From NCBI GenBank assembly GCA_026936335.1, contig JAPMXV010000032.1, positions 186,001-250,000 of the forward strand: DNA of 64,000 bases, in the 5' to 3' direction. Positions within the stretch are counted from its first letter, which is position 1, and every line of letters begins with the position of its first letter. The stretch comes from Mantamonas sphyraenae STR306. Its lineage: Eukaryota > Protista > CRuMs. Below are positions 10,062-22,100 of this stretch, piece by piece. Below the pieces are notes generated by a model that saw only the letters and a program-made list of their open reading frames with translations, searched no databases and was not told where the DNA came from. The position numbers and the translations under genes are program-made.

Positions 10062-12888
10062 ATGTCCACCGTCGACCTGCTTGCGCTGCAGAACCAGGTC
10101 AAACGCGACCCAGAGGCTTACCGGGATGAGTTTGAGCAACAGTGGCGCCACTACGAGCACCACCTGGCCATCTTCAAGGACAATCCGTCCAGCGATGACT
10201 CGGCCTTTGGTGAGCTGGTCATGTTCATCAGCCAGGTGGGTGATGCCTGCTGCCCTCCCGGCGCCCCTGCCCTTGTCTCTCCTGCACAGGGCCCATGTCG
10301 CCCCTGGGCAGCCACCGTGTCCACGCGCAGGCGGTGGGCGCCCGGGATTCGATTAATCCGCATGTTCCGCTGACCCCTCGCCTCATTGTTCCCACAGGTG
10401 AGCGGCAAGTTCCCAAAGGTCACCAATCACTTTGTGGAGGAACTCATGACGCTGGTGGACGAGTACCACCAGATCATGAACCCCAAGGTGCGCAAGCAGC
10501 TCGTCCAAGCGCTGGTCCTTCTTCGAAATCGCAAGCAGGTGGCCGGCATGACGTAAGTAGTGTGCATTCCACGCACCGATGGCATGCGTACACAAGGGCA
10601 CTAACGCACAATGTGCACACACACGCACACACGCACACGCACACGCACACAATCCGACGATCCCTAGCCTGCTTCCGCTGCTGTTCAAGTTGTTCCGCTG
10701 CAAAGACAAAGGCCTGCGCCAGACGCTGTTCTCGCATCTGGTGTCTGACATCCGCAAGGCAAATACGCCCAACAAGAACGAAAAGCTGAACAAGAAGCTG
10801 CAGAGTTACATGTACACCATGCTGGAGGACGAGAGCAGCATTGCGGCGCGCAAGTCGCTGGACGTCATGATTGCCCTTTACCACAAGAACGTGTGGAATG
10901 ATGCACGCACAGCAAACGTCATCAGCCAGGCGTGCCTGTCCAAGGAGCGCACCATCATGGTCACTGCGCTCAACTTCTTTCTCAACGAGGAGAAAAAGGT
11001 GCAGGAAGAGCAAGACTCTGAGGACGAGCTGGTGGAACAGCAGATTGTGCTGCTGGAGAAGCAGACCCAAAAGGGGGTCCATTCCAAAAAGACCAAGAAC
11101 AGGATGCGACACATGGAACGCGCAGCCAAGAAGCTGAAGCGCAACAGGCTCAAGCTCGAGCGGGAACGCCAGGCAAACCTGAGCGCCATCGAGATGCTGT
11201 ACGACGCACAGGGGTTTGCCGAGAAGCTGTTCAAGCATCTCAAGCAATCGCGAGAGTCGTTTGAGACGCGCATCCAGATCATGGACTGTCTGTCGCGTGT
11301 GATTGTCGTCCACGAGCTGCTGCTGCCCAACTTTTATCCGTTCCTGCAAAAGTATGCCCAACCCCACCAGGAGTTTTGCACAAAGGTGTTGGCCATCCTT
11401 GCGCAATCGTGCCACCCGCTGGTGCCACCCGAGGTTCTGGAGCCCGTGCTTCGTTCGCTAGCAGACCACTTTGTATCGGACAAGAGCTCGCCCGAGGTGA
11501 TGAGTGTCGGCATCAACGCCATCCGTGAGGTGTGTGCACGTTGTCCACTGGCCATGACGGAGGAGCTGCTGCATGATCTGACGGGATACAAAAGCTATCG
11601 GGACAAGAGCGTGGTGATGGCCGCACGCTCGCTCATCGGCCTGTACCGCATTGTGAACCCGTCGCTGCTGCTGAAGAAGGACCGGGGAAAGGAAGCAAGC
11701 ACCAGCGAGGCCAAGCCGCTGGAGTACGGCCAGCACGATGTGGCGTCCAACGTGGAGGGCATCGAGCTGCTGATGCGCTTTGAAGAAGCCAAGGCACGCA
11801 ACGAGTTGGGACAGGAGGAGGTGCAGGAGCTGTTGGAAGCAAGCCACGAGAACAGAGAGCTTGCGCAGAGCGACAGCGAGGATGAGGCGGAGACAATGGA
11901 CGCAAGCACACTGGCGCGTATGGGCAAAGACGACGAGAGCAGTGAAGACCTGGGCATGGACTCAGACGAGGAGGAGGCAGATGGAGAAGGGTGGGTCAGT
12001 GTAGATGACATCGATGAGGAGGGAGAGGGAGAGGGAGAGGATGAGGATGAGGATGAGGATGAGGATGAGGAGGAGGATGAGGACGGCGACGGCTGGGAAA
12101 CGGATGACGATGCAGAGGAGGGAGAGGAGGGAGAAGACGACGGGGAGTGGGTGGACGTGGAGCACAGTGATGACGACAAAGATGAGGAAGATGAAGTGGA
12201 AGAGGTGGAGGAGGTGATGGTGAACGAGGAGGATGAGGAGGAGGAAGAGGAGGAAGATCAAGGAGACATGGACAAAGAGGCACGGAAGGCACTGAAGCGG
12301 GAAAAGAAACGGAAGCTGAAGGAAGCAAAGGAGGCAAGGAGGAAGCAGGCTGTGGAGATGTCGATGGATGCAGAGAGGATCCTGACACAGGCGGACTTTG
12401 ACCTGATCAGGGAGCTGCAACGTCGCAAGGCAGAACTGCAGGAGAAGAGGCGCATGCAGTTGCAGGACTCGGACGACGAACTGGACGAGTTGGTGGACGA
12501 TGTGCTGAGTGGAGGCGGCAGCAGCAAGCTGGCAGAGATGCTTGCGGCAGCCAGCAGCGGGGACAGCGGAAAGCGCAAGCAGATGGAGGTGAGTGCAGAG
12601 GTGGACGTGTCGGACATCGAAGCGTTCCGCAAGCGACGCAAGATGGATCTGGCCGAGCGCATTGCCAGCGTGCAGGAGGGCCGCGAGGGCCGCGAGAAGT
12701 ACGGGTCGCGCAGCTCGAACAAGGGTGGCGGTTCGACCAACGAGGCCAAGCTGAAGAACAAACCATTCATGATGGTGGCCAAGAGCAGACGCGTGCAGAG
12801 CAAAAACATGTTGTCGCTCAAGGCCAAGCGCAACCGCAAGAGCAAACACATCCGCAAGCTCAAGAAGCAAATGGGCAGGAAAGCGTGA
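10062..12888 (+). CDS. SDA1: Ribosome biogenesis protein SDA1
   Basis: Exons 10062-10235, 10398-10552 and 10668-12888. Motifs [50 protein letters not shown], an acidic tract, ERILTQADF and [17 protein letters not shown]. Confidence 0.95.
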
Positions 12889-12987
12889 TGATGACACACA
12901 CACACACACACAGACAGGGGTGGGGGAGAAGCAACACGAACAAACAGTGCGCCATGTCGCAATCCAAAACTGTGCATTCCATTGGCC

Positions 12988-13667
12988 TTACTCAGCGCGG
13001 GCCGGGTTGGACAGCGGGTTGATGCGCTGCTGCTTCTTGTAATCCTCTTCCTTGGCGGTCCAGGCATCGTTGTTGAGGGTGCCGGGCAGGCTACCGGAGG
13101 CTGTGAACATAGGCAATCAGACGCAGGGGTGCGGAGGGAACGGTGCGTGTCGGGTGTGGTTGGGCGAAGCAAGGAGGTCAGCAAGGGCAGAAACGGGGGC
13201 GAATCTCTCTCTCACGTCTGCGCGGCAAAGTCGACACAGCACAGTACACGCGGGCTCAGCGACTCCATGGGGTGGATGCAGTGTACGATCCAGTCCACGT
13301 ATGCAAGACGTGGGCGCGTACACATGCGTTTGCGTGGGAGAGGCGTGGGAAGGACGGGCGAGAAGTTTCCAGCCCGCGCGCAACGGGGCTTGCGGCGCGC
13401 TCCTGAACGTACTGTATCCCTTGTAGCCATAGTAGATGGCGGTGGTAGCAACAGTGGCGACGACAATACCAGAGACGATGGAACCAGACTGTGAAAGAAT
13501 GCAGGCGGAAGCGGACGGTGTGAGGGAGGGAAAAATGCAACGGCGGAAAACCCAGAGACACGCCGGGGTCCGATGTGGCCAAAGGTCCGGTCTCGCGCAC
13601 GGAGCACTTTGTACAAGACACGCGTGTGGACACGAGAGAGCAAGGATACGAGAATGCGACATACCAT
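12988..13667 (-). CDS. Short cytochrome c oxidase subunit IV (COX4/yeast Cox5)-like protein, 63 aa
   Basis: Exons 13667-13665 (ATG only), 13488-13413 and 13100-12988, all with GT..CAG borders, give MSGSIVSGIVVATVATTAIYYGYKGYTSGSLPGTLNNDAWTAKEEDYKKQQRINPLSNPARAE: one TM segment plus the P.T...W....EY...Q..NP pattern of the COX4 C-terminus. Confidence 0.72.
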
Positions 13668-13706
13668 TTGTGTTTGCGTGTGTGTTTTCGGTGGCGACGT
13701 TGTCGC

Positions 13707-14908
13707 TCAGTTGAGGCGGTGGCCCTGACCCTGAAAGACATTCCTACGCACAGGGGCAGCGTGTGTCTCGTCTGGAAGCAGGTCAAACATAAACTCTGGA
13801 GTCTTGATGAGGTTGCCCTGGAGGTGACTGAGGTAAAAGTAGGTGTGGCCTGCAAAGATGCCTGTGTCACGTCGAGACCAATGGCCAAATGCCACATCAA
13901 ACACAGTGTCAGCATGTGTGGCACACTCTACAACCGCCTACCGCCACTCTCACAGCCGCAATCAACCTACCCAGGAGCTCGGAGACGGGTTTGCCGCCCA
14001 TCAACATTGTAAAGGCCACGAGGGCCCACGGCAGATAGCTGGCCTGTGAGAACGAAAGAGGACAGGAGCGGAGCGTGTGTGAGCGTACTGAACATGCGAT
14101 GTGTGCACACAGGAGGCGTGGCCACCACGTACCTGGAACTTGAACCCCAGCCAAAAGTTGACCTCTTGCAGCGGTCGCTCGGCGCTAAAAATGTAAATGA
14201 TGGCAAACATGAGAGCGCGGCCGAGGAAAGGCAGCTCCAGAAAGTAGGCGGGGATCTGTGGCAAGGGAGTGTGTGTTTGTGGGTGAGCGACGCCGGCGGA
14301 AGACGGAAAGGGCGTTTGAATGACGTCGGCAGCAGTGCCACAACGACGGGTAGAAGGGTAGCAGCTCCATCCAATCTTACCAGAAGCACGGAGCCACACA
14401 CAGTGAGCACCCAGGCATAGTCAGCTGCGACGGGGAACAGCTCAGTCTCGAGGACCTGGGAGTAGTTGACGCTGCGGGTGTGACGGAAGCCAGCGCGTGT
14501 GAGTCTTTGTGCTTCGCACAGTGTCCCATTTTCACACCTGCACCACGCCACCAGTCACACAATGGTCACACACGTACAACATAATGATCTGCAGCAAGAA
14601 GGGAAAGCCCAGACGGCCGCCAAAGAAAAAGTTGGAGAAGAGTCTCCAAATCTGGACGCAAACACAGGAACGACACTCGGGAGTGTGAGCACACAATGGA
14701 CTAGGGACAACAAGGTGACAGGCAGGGGGAGAACAGCACGGCGTTTGCGTACCTGGAACTTGTTCCAGACCAGGTCAAAGTCGAGCATGATCAGGCGGAA
14801 GTTCAACCAGAAGTTGTAGTTGGCTGCAACCGTCACAATCATCATGCCCAGGAACATAAACTTGGTCACACGACCCATGGAGGCGAACCATTCGTCGAGA
14901 TTGGCCAT
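13707..14908 (-). CDS. DERL: Derlin (ERAD rhomboid pseudoprotease)
   Basis: Six exons: 14908-14753, 14651-14578, 14471-14381, 14255-14133, 14043-13971 and 13861-13707. Motifs FQIWRL, ADY, YLPW, G..AGHTYFYL and a C-terminal SHP box FQGQGHRL. Confidence 0.93.
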
Positions 14909-14954
14909 GGTGGGAGGATGAGATTGTGTTGGCGCCGGGCGAGGCATCGCGAAG

Positions 14955-16116
14955 ATGAGCACCGGCCTGCGCAATCGCAAGGGGCCACGTCACGGCAACG
15001 CCGACAACGAAGCGGCGCCGCTGGTGGTGGAGGATAATGAAGTGGAGTTGACGGACAAGGTGTCCCAGGATTCAGACAGCCAGGGAGAGGAAATGGAGCT
15101 GCCGACGTGTCCCGATTGCGGCAAGAGCGACTCGGTGACCCAAATGCCCTGCTGTGGAACGGTGCGCTGTCTCTACTGCATCTTCAGCCTGGGAACGGCG
15201 GACAAGAGCCAGTTGGAGTGGAGGGTGCCCAGCCTCTCTGTGCAGAAGGACTTTGTGGACCTGACACTGAGCGGAGAGTACGACGAGGCAGCCGAAAGTG
15301 AATTTGAACCGGAGCTCGAGGGCCCATTCACCTGCGCGACGTGCGACAAGCCCCTGCACAAGCAGATTGTAGAGGGTGCCTGGTGCAACATGCACCTGGA
15401 GATAGCCTCTCTGTACAAGCTGCACGGCTTGCTACGCCTTTGCGACGAGCACGCGTTTGACCTGACCCCGTACAACAACCGCCACTGGTTCGACGACGTC
15501 ATCGCCTCCATCGAAGCATCGTCACGCGGCCAGCTGATTGACAACATCTACACGCATGCACGTTGCACGCTTGGTGTCCTGCGTCGTGTCCCCGTGCCCA
15601 TGCTCCACGCCATGGCCAACGAACTCCATGCGACTGCCATGCTCGCCCACCTGGGTCAACTGCCGTCTACGCACGATCAACAGCAGCAGCAGCCCTCTTC
15701 TTCCTCATCTTCATCGTCCTCGCGCAAGCAATCGTCAAAGCGTGGAAGCAAAGCGGAGAAGGACACTGAGGATGCAGAGGGCAAAGAGGGCAAGGATGAC
15801 GCCGATGGTGGGGCCAAATATGTGCTGGCTCGTGCCAACCTTTGCTTGAGTGAGATCATGTACATGTCTGTCGAGGGCCAGCGTAGCGGAGAGGTGCTCC
15901 CACCCGAGATGCAGGAGCAGCTGCTCCTTGACATGAGCTTCCTCACCTACACCAAGGGAGAGGCTGTGTTCCACGCCAAGAACATCCTTACGCTGCTCAA
16001 CACCTCTGTGCTGGCCGATGAGGACTGCAACATGATGCGCATCCGACACCTCTTGCGCTACTGCCGAACCCAGGCTCGCCGCAATCTGCTCACGCTGCTC
16101 AGTGAAGCACAAGCGA

Positions 16117-16148
<32 letters not shown>

Positions 16149-16949
16149 GAACAGGAGAGCAACGAGGACACCGAGACGACGGGCAAAAAGGCAAAGGCGC
16201 CTGCTGCCGACAAGCTGGTCATTTTTTGGTACACGTACCACCGACGCACAGTGAAACGACTGCGGGAATTGTTTCCAGGGGCACTCACCCGAAAGGACGA
16301 TGTGCTGTGCCTGTGGGCCGGCGCACGGTTCTTTCAGAGCCGTCGCATGCACGAGGCATCCATCAACAACTGGTCCGTGCTACTGGATCAGTGTCTGGAC
16401 GATACGGTGGTGGAGGACGGATGGACTGCACTCAAGTTGCTGGCCATGCGAGAGGCTGTGGCTGGCATCTCGGTTCAGTTGCAGAGTGCCTTGCGTGTGC
16501 CCTTGCTCGTCAAACAGCACCTGTTTGATAACATCCAGAAGCATGCGGATCAATACGGTGCTATCGTCGATCTGGAGGCCCTGAGAGGCCACCACACCCT
16601 GTGTGGCAACTGCGGCGAACAGCTGCCGCTCGCCAAGGACGCCCTTGAGCCCAATCTGCAGGACGACGTCCTGTTTGTGAAAACCACCCACGTGTGCTTC
16701 CAGTGCGCCGCTGTGTCCTACTGCTCGGCCAAGTGCATGGACGAGCACTACGAGGACATCCACAAGGACGTCTGCGTCATGTACACAGTCGACGAGCACG
16801 AACCGCCTTCCACAGAGACCATTTCGCCCGACGATACCGATGACGCCTCTGCCTCGCGCACAAGCTCCATGTCCTGGGTCCAGTATGCCGTCTACATTTT
16901 CCTCTCCTTCCTGCTGTGGTCAAACGTGCTGTCGTCCTTCTTCTCTTGA
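14955..16949 (+). CDS. Tail-anchored protein with an N-terminal RING-like Cys cluster and a C-terminal MYND-type zinc finger
   Basis: CPDC..PCCG.VRCLYCI...FTCATC near the N-terminus; CGNC...CFQCAAVSYCSAKCMDEHY..HKDVC (MYND-like); terminal hydrophobic helix WVQYAVYIFLSFLLWSNVLSSFFS; single exon. Confidence 0.7.
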
Positions 16950-17066
16950 GCACCACGAATGAAGGATGCATCCCCACACCCAAACTCGTGGAGGGGCGAC
17001 GTGCGCATACACATTTGTTGTGTTGAGTGTGGTTGCATCCGCGCTGCTGCTCCCAACTTGTCCTGC

Positions 17067-18620
17067 ATGCCTGTCACCCGCCGCCGAGCCAGCCGCTGGC
17101 GTCCGCGTCAGAACTCCCACTCCGACACGTCGTCCTCCAACGACGACACTGCGTCTGTGGTCAGCCTACCTGCAAAGCTGGACACCAAGGCCCGTGCCAA
17201 ACGTCGCAACTCCCTCGACTCCCAGTTCAGCTCGTCGTCCCAGCTGACTACGCATTCCATGCACCACACCTCCACCAAGCCGCCGTCCAGTCCCACCGAG
17301 TACCTCCGCGACGCAGGCAAGCGTATGATCGGCGTAGCCAAGATTGCACTGCAAGACGTCAAGGATGGCGTCGAATTCCAGGTGCGTTCCCGCTTCCGGG
17401 TGCCCGAACGCCTTGTCGTTGGCGCCCCCGCAACGTTTCCACCGAACGATTTTCCCAACACACGAGTCCACCGTCCCGCACCCGTGTTTTGCCCATTGCT
17501 TTTGCCATGAGGACAGTCCAGCGATGTGCCACTGACACTGTACACATCGTGTGTGCGCTTCGTGTTGCACCCCATGCCTCGTGGCCGCCCTGCAGCGCCA
17601 GGCGTTCAACGAGACGACGGCCGAGTTCCGGCACGAGTTTGACCTCGCCAAGCAGAAGCTCAAAAAGGCGATTATGCGCGGCATCCACACCCTCGAACAT
17701 GCGCCAGAGTGGACCCGAGACGAGTTTATTATGCATGGCTACCGCACAGGCTACGATACCATCTACTCGAGCGTCATGTCCATGTTTGAGTGGCACAACG
17801 AAACGCTCAATGTGTGGACCCACTTTCTCGGCTTCCTCTTTTTCCTCTACCAGATGATCCACACCGCAAGCCATGCCCACATCACAGGCACCTCCTGGGA
17901 AGACAAATGGGTCTTCTTTGTCTTTCTCACCACCGCCCAGCTGTGCCTTCTCGCGTCAACTATTTACCACCTCCTCGGCTGCCACTCGGAAGACACCTAC
18001 TGCTCCATGGGCAAGCTCGACTACATGGGCATCGCCTGGCTCATTTTCGGTTCCTTTTTCATCTGCATCTACTACGGATTCTATTGCCATCCCTCCCATC
18101 TCGTAAGTGTGTGCTACCTCACTGAATCGGTTTGGCCACCCGTGGTTGCTCACCCTCCCATCCCCCCCCATTCCATTTCCCACAGCGCCTGTATTTGATC
18201 ATGTTTTCCATCGTCTCCATTGGCGGAGGCCTCATCAACACACTCGAACAGTTTCAGGGCAACGAATACCGCCTTTTCCGCACCTTGTGCTTCCTGGCTA
18301 CAGGTGCCATCGGCATGCTGCCCATCAGTCATATCCTCATCACCGAGATTGACATCCAGGATCCGGCTGTGTGGGAGTTTGGAAAGCATTTCCTCTACAT
18401 GATCCTCCTCTACCTTTCGGGCGTGGTCGTGTACCTCAGCCGCGTGCCCGAGCGCCTCTATCCAGGCTTTTTTGACAACTGGTGCCAGAGCCACACTCTG
18501 TGGCATCTCTTTGTCTTTGCTGCTGCCTCGGAGCACTACACGGGCTCCATCAAGTTTTTCGAGTGGCGAATCAGCGATCACGGCCTGTGCGGCGCCGCCG
18601 CTGCCTTGGCTTCCTCGTGA
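17067..18620 (+). CDS. PAQR/adiponectin receptor (HlyIII family) membrane protein
   Basis: Exons 17067-17381, 17596-18102 and 18186-18620. Motifs IMHGYR, HNETLNVWTH, STIYHLL.CHS, KLDYMGI, RVPERLYPGFFD and SHTLWHLFV. Confidence 0.92.
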
Positions 18621-18815
18621 GCATGTATTCCCACCCCCATCCCGCCTTTGCAAACATCGCACAGAGTTCGTTGTGAAACCAGAATGGAATGAATCCAACA
18701 GCTGTGAAACCATTGCCGGAGAGTACGGGTTGTTTGTTCGGCGACGGGGGACAACACAGAACGCACGAGCACGGAAGAGCACACGCAGGCATGAACAAAA
18801 GCATGGGTGGTGGGG

Positions 18816-19140
18816 GTGGCAAGGAGCGCATTGGCCCTGGCATCACCCTGTGGTTTGCATTGTGCAATGAACGGGATTTTCGATGCTCAGCTTGACGAGT
18901 CCATGGTTGCGGGTGGCAACTAGCCACACACACACGGGTGCCCAGTAACAACCCAACGCCTTCGCCTGACACTAGGGAAGCATGTTGTCACATTGCCACT
19001 TCATCTATGGGTTTCTAATGGGCGAGGGAGCTGATGTCCGGTGACAAGACTCCGTGCAACTTCAAGTGAACGAGTGAACGAAAGCACAGCACAGCACAGC
19101 ACAGCTGAGAGTGGCAAGGAGCCACGTGGCCCTGGCATCA
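18816..19140. repeat. Imperfect 30-bp direct repeat pair in an intergenic spacer
   Basis: GTGGCAAGGAGC-NNNN-TGGCCCTGGCATCA at 18816-18845 and 19111-19140 (26/30 identical). Confidence 0.85.
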
Positions 19141-19178
19141 TCTCGGCTGTTCTGTATTCTTCACCTCACTGCTCAAAC

Positions 19179-22100
19179 TCACGCGATCGGACAGCAGTAC
19201 TGATGCGTCACGTTGTTCAGATCGCCCCAGCCGCTTCCGTGCTTGTGGAACGCTTGCATCGCATAGCCGTTGGGGCAGCTGTGCCATCCACGACGGCCCC
19301 AGTGTGTGCGATATGTTCGACAGTGGTGATGGGACAGCACTTGTGTGCAGCGCACAGCGTGGATGCAACTCAAACGGTTGCAGCGTACACGGTGGAATCC
19401 TGAAATGGCCCATCCGCGCGGACAGCCCTGCCACCCGCCTTTCCACATCTGGTGCCGGATGTTGATCCAATTCTCTCTTGGTGATGTCCTGTTGCTCCTG
19501 CAGCACTTGGCTGCATGCATGCAGTTCAACCCCTTGCAGCTGTGGGTGTACACCTTCTGAACACTGTACCCCCGAGGACACTGCGAAGATCCTGCACGTG
19601 CCATGCTGTGCCTCCAGCTCACTGTTTTGCACTTTGCCATTTGCGCCAGCATTGCTGCTCGTCGTTGTGCGAGGGCCCGGGCAACGGCGGCCATCCTGGC
19701 TCTGTGCGCGGCATGCTTTGCATCAGCGCGACTCTGCCTAGCCTGTCTACCCTTTTGGATTTGTGCCCGACGTGCGTTGTGCTCTTCTTGACGTTTGCGG
19801 GCCTCTTCTCGACGTTTGCGGTCATCTTCGCGTTTGCGCCGTTGTCTATCCTCGTGGGCCTTCCTTCGAGCAGCGGCGTTGCGGCGCTTCTCATCTTCCC
19901 TGGCCTTCCGTTCCTCCTCCTCTTTGCGTCGCTTCTCGTCCCTCTTGCGCCGTTCCTCTTCCTCTTTTGCGCGCTGCCTGGCAAGGCGCTTCTGCTCCGC
20001 GAGGTTGCGGTCACGCTCGTCGCGTTCAAGCTCCTTCTGAAACTTGAGTGCTTCCTTCTGCTTCTTTAGCCTTTCAAGTCGTCGAAGCTCTGCCAAATCT
20101 TGGAAATAGTGCCCCCGTGCCAATCTCGCTTTGCGTTTTCTTTCCGCAGCACGCTTTTCCTCCGCGAAATCCTTGGCTTCTTGCGCGTTTGCGTACTCAC
20201 AGCACGAGTAGTGGTCGATGCTACGCAGGTCCCCGATTCCAGCCCCCGTCTTGTGGAGACCTTGAATGGCCAGGCCTGGAGGGCATCTCCACGTGCCATG
20301 CACGCCCCACAGGGCACGCACGTTGATGCATCGCGTCTTGGACAGTCCTGCAGTGCACTTGACGTTCGTAATGCATGTCAGATGGTTGCACCCGCTTCGC
20401 TCCAAACCCGAAATGCCGTGACCACTGGGGCACTTGACCCAGCCGCCAGCGTGCAGAGCGTGATTCCACTGGAACCACTTGCTCGGCGGCAACTCCATCG
20501 CGTAGTTGGATTTTCCGCACCTAGCATCCTTGATGCAATTGAGCCCAGTGCATCCATACGTGGTCACACCACTAGCAATCGTCGACGTCGGGCACTCGGC
20601 CTTGCCAGCCTTGCTCATCTGGTGGTGCCAGTGGACGGTACTTGCCACTACCAGTGCCTTTGGATCTTCAGGCTTGTCTGTGTACTTGCAGCACTTGTAG
20701 TGGTCCACCATGCCCAGGTTGCCCGTGGACACGGGTCCTGCACGGTGGAAGGCTTGCAGACCCCATCCCACCGGACACCCGTGTTCGCCCTTCTTCTTCA
20801 GGTCCACACGCACAAGCTTGCACTCGTTCGACAGGCCGTACGTGCACCGTGCCTTCTGAATGCAATCCAACGTATGGCAATGGTAGCGCTGGAACCCAGA
20901 CACGCCGTAGCCCTTGGGACAGGTTGCCCATCCACCAGCACGCAGGTACTCCCACCACCACAACCACACCTGCTTCGGGTTCTGTTGCTTGCGGTTCTTC
21001 TCACACACAGCTCCCTTGATCGCCCGCAGGTTCGTGCCACCAGACGTTGTCAGAGACTTGACAATGTACCCGCTCTTGCACTTGGCTTGCGTACTGATCG
21101 TCTTGCCCATCGTGTTGCCCCAATCTGCCCTGCTTGTCGCAAATTTCGCCTCGGCTGCGAAATCCTTGGCTTCTTGCGCGTTTGCGTACTCACAGCACGA
21201 GTAGTGGTCGATGCTACGCAGGTCCCCGGTTCCAGCCCCCGTCTTGTGGAGACCTTGAATGGCCAGGCCTGGAGGGCATCTCCACGTGCCATGCACGCCC
21301 CACAGGGCACGCACGTTGATGCATCGCGTCTTGGACAGTCCTGCAGTGCACTTGACGTTCGTAATGCATGTCAGATGGTTGCACCCGCTTCGCTCCAAAC
21401 CCGAAATGCCGTGACCACTGGGGCACTTGACCCAGCCGCCAGCGTGCAGAGCGTGATTCCACTGGAACCACTTGCTCGGCGGCAACTCCATCGCGTAGTT
21501 GGATTTTCCGCACCTAGCATCCTTGATGCAATTGAGCCCAGTGCATCCATACGTGGTCACACCACTAGCAATCGTCGACGTCGGGCACTCGGCCTTGCCA
21601 GCCTTGCTCATCTGGTGGTGCCAGTGGACGGTACTTGCCACTACCAGTGCCTTTGGATCTTCAGGCTTGTCTGTGTACTTGCAGCACTTGTAGTGGTCCA
21701 CCATGCCCAGGTTGCCCGTGGACACGGGTCCTGCACGGTGGATGGCTTGCAGACCCCATCCCACCGGACACCCGTGTTCGCCCTTCTTCTTCAGGTCCAC
21801 ACGCACAAGCTTGCACTCGTTCGACAGGCCGTACGTGCACCGTGCCTTCTGAATGCAATCCAACGTATGGCAATGGTAGCGCTGGAACCCAGACACGCCG
21901 TAGCCCTTGGGACAGGTTGCCCATCCACCAGCACGCAGGTACTCCCACCACCACAACCACACCTGCTTCGGGGTCTGCTGCTTGCGGTTCTTCTCACACA
22001 CAGCTCCCTTGATATCCCGCAGGTTCGTGCCACCAGACGTCGTCAGAGACTGGACAATGTACCCGCTCTTGCACTTGGCTTGCGTACTGATCGTCTTGCC

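Noticed and set aside
13101-13412. Longer-than-usual intron as a snoRNA host
   Set aside because: No convincing C/D or H/ACA box arrangement seen by eye; an Infernal/snoscan search would be needed.
19031-19085. CTGATG...GAAA as a hammerhead ribozyme core
   Set aside because: The core reads CTGATGT rather than CTGATGA and the required stems were not found.
18816-19140. 30-bp direct repeats as a CRISPR array or LTRs
   Set aside because: Only two copies with a 265-bp interval, eukaryotic context, no cas or transposon ORF and no TG..CA ends.
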